Positions 59,297 through 64,000 of a stretch of DNA of 64,000 bases are shown here, piece after piece. Both the position numbers and the translations under genes were made by a program. Position 1 is the first letter of the stretch, and every line of letters begins with the position of its first letter. This DNA is from an uncultured Acidobacteriota bacterium (GTDB lineage Bacteria; Acidobacteriota; UBA6911). Location: assembly GCA_963839475.1 (NCBI GenBank), contig CAWIVH010000019.1:202725-266724 (forward strand). Direction: 5' to 3'. A model generated the notes under the pieces. The model was given only the letters and a program-made list of their open reading frames with translations, was not told the DNA's origin and made no database searches.

Positions 59297-60601
59297 TCAA
59301 TGGGTCGCGCAGGTCAGGCAGGGATCGAAGAGCCTCACGCAACGGGCGATCATCTCGTGGCCCGCGGCTGAAATCTCGTCGCCATCGAGGAAATCATCCG
59401 CAAGGTCGCGTATGGCCAGATTGATATAAGCATTGTTGAACTGGGTTGCGACAAACAGTTTGATCGATTCCACCATCCCCCGGTTGATTGTATAGCTGTG
59501 CAGCAGGATTCCGCGGGGAGCCTCCACAACGCCGATCCCTTTGCCGCTTACGCTGAGATCCACCTCGGTCTTCATGGGACGTGAAAGATCAATTTCCTCC
59601 AGCAGCTTCAGGATGGTTTTTGCCGAACAGAAGATCTCGAGAAGCCGGCAGATGTCAAAGTCGTCAATCGAAAGAGACTCGGTATCTCGCAAGCGATGGG
59701 TGATCTCGTATCCCTTGAGATCAGGGTCGTCAAGCACACCGTGCTTCCTGAAAAGCCGGGAAAGCGGCCCGACAAGAACGATGCCGGCGGGAAACCCGAG
59801 GGAAGACAGATAGGGAAGCTTTGCGAATGACCAATCCACTCGCATTTCGGACATGTTGTCCTCAAAACTGTCGGCGGTGAAGCTGCAGGTCTGCTGCCCC
59901 CTGTTGTCGAAGGTCCTGAAAGCCCTCTCCTCCCCGGTTTCATCGAAAGTCAGGAAATTCGTCGGATGCGCCTTCGGGAATCCAATGAGGTGGGGTTGCC
60001 TTGAACGTCCTTCAAAAATGACGAGCTCCTGCAAGGCCTCTGTCTTTATCTTCAATGCGATGTTGCGAATCTCGTCCAGGTCGGTTGCCGTTGGAATGGT
60101 CAGATAACTCCCGACACCCATGGCAACCGGATGGACGGCCCGTTTGCAGAGCACCTCGAGAATGCGGTTGCCGGCCTTGCGCCAGGCGAAAGCCTTGGCC
60201 GCCACCTCGGGGTGGCTTTGCATCATATCGAATATCCCGTTGGTAACGCCGAGCTGATCCGGAAGGGTCAGGAAGAAATAGCTCAGAGAATGGCTTGCAA
60301 TGGTCTCTCCCAGCAGGGCTATTTCCCGCAGCTTGGTCACGTCTTCCGGGACCTTTATCCCCACGGCGTTTTCCACCGCGCTGAATCCGGCAACCTGATG
60401 AGCGGTGCAACACAGGCCGCAGATCCGGGAGACGATTTGAGGCGCACAATCCGCCTGCCTGCCCTGAACTATTTTTTCAAACCCGCGAAAGTCCATGACT
60501 GAAAAATGGGCGGTCTTCACGCGGCCATGATCCACTTCCAGGTGGATGTCCGCGTTCCCCTCGATGCGCGTGGCTTTATTCAGTGTGATGATCTTGCCCA
60601 T
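59297..60601 (-). CDS. [NiFe]-hydrogenase large subunit (no C-terminal protease-cleaved extension)
   Basis: N-terminal RIEGN (variant of RxEGH; His replaced by Asn) and RICGLCCTAHQVA. C-terminal DPCLTCATH followed directly by the stop. 434 aa. Starts 1 nt after the small-subunit stop. Confidence 0.85.
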   Translation of the reverse strand: MGKIITLNKATRIEGNADIHLEVDHGRVKTAHFSVMDFRGFEKIVQGRQADCAPQIVSRICGLCCTAHQVAGFSAVENAVGIKVPEDVTKLREIALLGETIASHSLSYFFLTLPDQLGVTNGIFDMMQSHPEVAAKAFAWRKAGNRILEVLCKRAVHPVAMGVGSYLTIPTATDLDEIRNIALKIKTEALQELVIFEGRSRQPHLIGFPKAHPTNFLTFDETGEERAFRTFDNRGQQTCSFTADSFEDNMSEMRVDWSFAKLPYLSSLGFPAGIVLVGPLSRLFRKHGVLDDPDLKGYEITHRLRDTESLSIDDFDICRLLEIFCSAKTILKLLEEIDLSRPMKTEVDLSVSGKGIGVVEAPRGILLHSYTINRGMVESIKLFVATQFNNAYINLAIRDLADDFLDGDEISAAGHEMIARCVRLFDPCLTCATH

Positions 60602-61981
60602 TTACCGGTACCTCGTGGCGCTCGCGGAAGCCTCGTGATCAAAATCAAACAGCGCATGGCCCTGCCGCTTGAGCACCCGGACCCGTTCCCGGGTTGGCGC
60701 CTCCTCAACCTTGCATCGCAGGCTCAATCCTTTGGAGAAAACTTCTTCATAGTAGTCTCCGGCAGCGATTTTCTTCACCACGGGCATGGACGGGCCTCGA
60801 CATCCCCAGCAGGGCATCCCGTTAATGGGGCAGGGAGCGCCGCATCCGCCCTTCGTCACAAAGCCCATGCAGGCTGCACCCAAGGAGGTAAGGCATTTGC
60901 CCGGGTCCGCACCGGCAATCGGCGACATGTGGAAAGAACCCGCCACATCCTTGGACGCTTTTCTCGTGCACTCGGCGCAGACGATGGCCTTGCCTTTGCC
61001 TGCCTGCTCCGTCATGAGTTCCGTGATCAGCTGCAAAAGCAATTCAGGATTCGCTGGACATCCGGGGAGAAAGTAATCGACCTTGGCAAAAGTGGAGATT
61101 CGGTGGGCCTGTCTCAGGAGCGCCACCTTTCCGTGCTTCTGGTAGGTGGCGTCGCGGTCTACGCCGGCCTGGCCTGACAGATAATACGAGAATGCATCGA
61201 CCGTATTGCCGTAAGTTTCCGCAATCAGTTCCTCGGGCTCAAACCGATTGGCTTCCCCTGGGATGCCACCATACGCCGCACAGGTTCCCCAGGCCACCAA
61301 ATAGCGGCTCTTGGCACGCGCCTCTTCCAGGACCTGAACATCATCCCGCAGCCTGACAAGCCCATCGACGATGGCAACATCGGCTTCCGAAAGGTGCGCG
61401 TTGTCCATGAGCATGGGGCAGTAGACAATTTTGGTGTATTGGAAGAGTTTCTCGAGCAACTGGTCGTCGAGGAGCACAGCGGAGCACCCGGCACAGGTGG
61501 ACAATGACACCAGCGATATCTTGATCTTCTCCTTTCTCAACACAGGGCGCCATGACATCAGCTGAGCAGCTTCAGAATGATTCGCGGGGCTCGCCAGGAT
61601 GGCCTGCTGCTCTTTGAGCATCGCGATGAGCGTCCTGGTAATGTGCAGGGCGATTTCCGGTCTGGCATTTATGAGATCGTGCAATTCGGATTTCTTGATT
61701 CGCGCCAGCAGCGTCTCCGACCCGGCAACGGCGGCGGCGCTTCTCGGCGAATCGGAAAGGATCGCCATTTCTCCGAAAAATCCACCGGGCTGCAGGATGC
61801 GGATCTCGCGCCTGTCTTCCCCTGCGCCCTGAAATATGCGCACGTCCCCTTTCAGGAGGATGTACATTTCATCGCCCGGATCCCCCTCGTTGAAAATGAC
61901 CTCTCCCGGCTGGAAGGATACGAGGCTGGCCGCGATCCCACTCCGAGGACTCCGTTTTGCCCTCGGGTTCATTAGCTGCAA
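60602..61981 (-). CDS. cyclic-nucleotide-binding domain fused to [NiFe]-hydrogenase small subunit (NuoB-like fold)
   Basis: N-terminal cNMP-binding domain with the phosphate-binding cassette FGEMAILSDSPRSAA. Residues ~150-459: proximal-cluster ligands LSTCAGCS, GTCAAYGGIP and PGCPANPE, then a Cys-rich medial/distal cluster region (CAECTRK .. CMGFVTKGGCGAPCPINGMPCWGCRGP). Its start overlaps the upstream gene's end by 10 nt. Confidence 0.8.
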   Translation of the reverse strand: MQLMNPRAKRSPRSGIAASLVSFQPGEVIFNEGDPGDEMYILLKGDVRIFQGAGEDRREIRILQPGGFFGEMAILSDSPRSAAAVAGSETLLARIKKSELHDLINARPEIALHITRTLIAMLKEQQAILASPANHSEAAQLMSWRPVLRKEKIKISLVSLSTCAGCSAVLLDDQLLEKLFQYTKIVYCPMLMDNAHLSEADVAIVDGLVRLRDDVQVLEEARAKSRYLVAWGTCAAYGGIPGEANRFEPEELIAETYGNTVDAFSYYLSGQAGVDRDATYQKHGKVALLRQAHRISTFAKVDYFLPGCPANPELLLQLITELMTEQAGKGKAIVCAECTRKASKDVAGSFHMSPIAGADPGKCLTSLGAACMGFVTKGGCGAPCPINGMPCWGCRGPSMPVVKKIAAGDYYEEVFSKGLSLRCKVEEAPTRERVRVLKRQGHALFDFDHEASASATRYR

Positions 61982-62445
61982 TGGCGGAAACTGATGCCGG
62001 GTCGCCTGTTACCGGTGGCGGGGACAGGCTGTGGGTCTTCGGGCTGAGGAGCGGAATCGTCCATGGATTCATCGGCAGAGCTCCGGCGAGCGGCCTCGGC
62101 GGCTTTTTCAACCGCTTTGATCCTGACGATCAGGGCTCTTATAAAATGAAGAAAAATGGAAGGATCTTTTCGCCCCCTTTCGATCAGGTTTTCTTTGGTG
62201 ATGGCCAGGAGGCGCGAACGTTGAATGGCCCTGCAGGTTGCCGACCTGGGTTCATCGCGGATAATGGCCATTTCGCCGAAAAAGTCGCCTTTCCCCAGGA
62301 TCGCCAGCACTTCCTCCTTATCACCTGCCCGCCGCGATACCTCGATGGCCCCGGACTGGATGATGTACATTTCATGTCCGGGCTGGCCCTGCTCAAAAAT
62401 CACCGCGTTTCGTTCATAGACGGAGCCGAAAATTTCATTTTCCAT
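61972..62445 (-). CDS. stand-alone cyclic-nucleotide-binding (cNMP) domain protein
   Basis: GDFFGEMAIIRDEPRSATCRA phosphate-binding cassette. Paralogous to the N-terminal domain of the small-subunit fusion. Confidence 0.75.
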   Translation of the reverse strand: MENEIFGSVYERNAVIFEQGQPGHEMYIIQSGAIEVSRRAGDKEEVLAILGKGDFFGEMAIIRDEPRSATCRAIQRSRLLAITKENLIERGRKDPSIFLHFIRALIVRIKAVEKAAEAARRSSADESMDDSAPQPEDPQPVPATGNRRPGISFRHCS

Positions 62446-62557
62446 AGACGTGCCTCTTTGTTTCCGGACCGCACGGGCCGCAATGCCAAACGAACCGCAA
62501 AGTTCTCCAAGACCGCGAAGGTATTATTGATTAATCTTGGCGGCCTTCGCGGTTCAA

Positions 62558-63547
62558 TCAAATGCCGGCGGGCATGACGGTCGCGCTGGATCCCTCCTGG
62601 CGCTCGGCTGCGAGGAATTCGAGCCCCAGCACATTTCCTACGCGCACGATGTCTCCCGGGCGGAGGGGTACTTCCTCGCCTTTAATCAGGGTGCGATCGT
62701 TGACCGTGAGCGGAGCACTGGAAACGGCCCGGAGCATGAAACCGTTTGTGCCGCGCCGGAGTTCGAAGTGCCAGCGGCTGATCTGAAGGGTTTGCTGCTC
62801 GTCCTTGCATTGGAGCACGATGTCGTTGGCGGGCAAGCCGTCTTTTTCCTTCAGCCGTCCGAAGGTGATGATGTCCTGTTCGGGGAGTCTCTGCTCTTCC
62901 CCCGTATCGAGGCGCACCAGGATCGGGAAGATTTTCTGGTCCCGCCATTCCAGGGTTGCAAGATCGACCGGATGCTCGAAGCCTTTTACCGAGACCGGCA
63001 TCAGCATGCGGCATTTGAGCCGGAAATGCAGATCCGTAAAAGCAAGGAATGCGGCCTTGCTCAGCCGTATCTCCCCCGAGGCTGAGGTCGACGTGATGCG
63101 CGCGCAGAAATTTGCGGCATCGCCTGTAACCTGGATCCCGTCCGTCAGGACCGGGCCGAAGTGAATGCCGATCCGTACCGCGAGCTGGTGTTCCCGGGCG
63201 CGGGTGCTGTTTTCCGCCGAGATCAGCTGGAGGAGCTCGATCATGGCGCCGGCGGCTTTGTCGACGGTCGGGAAACAGAGGAAAGCACCGTCGCCCGCCG
63301 TGTCGATGATCCTGCCCTCATGCCCCTGGATGCAGTGATTCAGCAGGTCGAGATGCCGCTGCTGCAGCTGTCTTCCCGCTTCGTTGCCGAAGCGCGCAAA
63401 GTAGGGTGTGGATCCGACGACGTCGGAAAACGCCAGGGCGATGCGCTGTTCGAAACGCCGTATCAGCGCCGCCGACAGCATGGTCTGGAGGCGGATGATC
63501 TCCGTCATGCTGAGCGCATTGCAGAGGTTTTCAAAATCAGGTTGCAT
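62558..63547 (-). CDS. class III adenylate/guanylate cyclase with C-terminal FHA domain
   Basis: Cyclase motifs IALAFSDVVGSTPYF .. IDTAGDGAFLCF .. GDAANFCARI. C-terminal FHA (ITFGRLKEKDG .. SRWHFELRR .. LTVNDRTL). First gene of the hydrogenase-containing operon. Confidence 0.85.
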   Translation of the reverse strand: MQPDFENLCNALSMTEIIRLQTMLSAALIRRFEQRIALAFSDVVGSTPYFARFGNEAGRQLQQRHLDLLNHCIQGHEGRIIDTAGDGAFLCFPTVDKAAGAMIELLQLISAENSTRAREHQLAVRIGIHFGPVLTDGIQVTGDAANFCARITSTSASGEIRLSKAAFLAFTDLHFRLKCRMLMPVSVKGFEHPVDLATLEWRDQKIFPILVRLDTGEEQRLPEQDIITFGRLKEKDGLPANDIVLQCKDEQQTLQISRWHFELRRGTNGFMLRAVSSAPLTVNDRTLIKGEEVPLRPGDIVRVGNVLGLEFLAAERQEGSSATVMPAGI

Positions 63548-64000
63548 CGAAGCCTCAAAAGAGAAAATTAGGGATTTTTCGCGCAGGGCATGCGCGTCAA
63601 GCCAAGCCGCATTACCTGAGCGTAGATGCGGATATCTCTGCGCGCTCTGCGATACATTAGATGCGCTGATCGGATACGAATACTGAAGAACCTAATCTAC
63701 TGATATTGCAAAAAATTCTCCAGCAAAATTGACGGAGTCGAAATCGAAGCCTCTCCCGTTCCATCTTTTGCTCTTCGGAAATTTGATGCTCTTAAAGGAT
63801 TGAACCGCGAAAGCGCGAAGGTCACAAGGATCAAAAAAACAATACCTTTGCATTCTTGATCGCGATTGTCGGTATGGTTTACGGAAAGATTCCAGGCTGT
63901 AACCCATTGTGACGGAAGCGTTTAATCAAATTCGGCGGCTCCTGGCGTCAAGTCCTCTTACGATCCTGCGAGGAACTTCGACACCAAAAAATCGAATATC

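Overview
This is a 64-kb high-GC (about 60%) bacterial chromosomal segment. The gene content (many sensor kinases, Ser/Thr kinases, PP2C phosphatases, Kelch propellers, outer-membrane barrels, Tat-signal oxidoreductases) resembles Acidobacteriota-type soil bacteria; that placement is inference only. I find no rRNA, tRNA, CRISPR or clear mobile elements. I call about 40 protein genes. The track writes TTG/GTG starts as M, so several N-termini were moved to internal ATGs with a Shine-Dalgarno sequence.

The content is dominated by signal transduction:
- Four large PAS/GAF/HAMP histidine kinases, three of them hybrid.
- A response regulator with a Cys4 C-terminal domain, a REC-PP2C and a membrane PP2C.
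- Two Ser/Thr kinases, one fused to two ATPase-less HisKA domains and a receiver.
- Two class III nucleotide cyclases with FHA domains in swapped order.

The three most interesting observations:
- **cNMP-linked hydrogenase operon (59297..63547, minus strand):** a cyclase-FHA, a stand-alone cNMP-binding protein, a cNMP-binding domain fused to a [NiFe]-hydrogenase small subunit, and a [NiFe]-hydrogenase large subunit that ends at the DPCxxCxxH histidine with no protease-cleaved tail. I propose a cyclic-nucleotide-linked, possibly sensory, hydrogenase module.
- **Candidate selenoprotein (29826..30825, minus strand):** a DedA membrane domain fused to a rhodanese domain, interrupted by one in-frame TGA at the position that aligns with the rhodanese catalytic Cys. 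A perfect 7-bp hairpin with a GU-containing loop lies 14 nt downstream, which fits a bacterial SECIS element. The alternative is a nonsense mutation.
- **Two-component-to-Ser/Thr-kinase relay (40553..47118):** a hybrid kinase with no HPt domain sits upstream of a protein with two ChpT-like HisKA domains, a receiver and a Ser/Thr kinase.

Other points: a hybrid histidine kinase (16577..20660) and a GH3 glycosidase (55641..58962) each carry a single frameshift, either real pseudogenes or indel errors in the assembly. A Ser/Thr kinase, a TM helix and a coiled-coil ORF lie in three successive frames at 34.4-37.0 kb. A 1100-aa Kelch propeller protein carries three copies of an unrecognised Cys/Trp-rich C-terminal repeat. 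A CstB-like persulfide dioxygenase-rhodanese fusion is present. Antisense shadow ORFs typical of GC-rich DNA were rejected.
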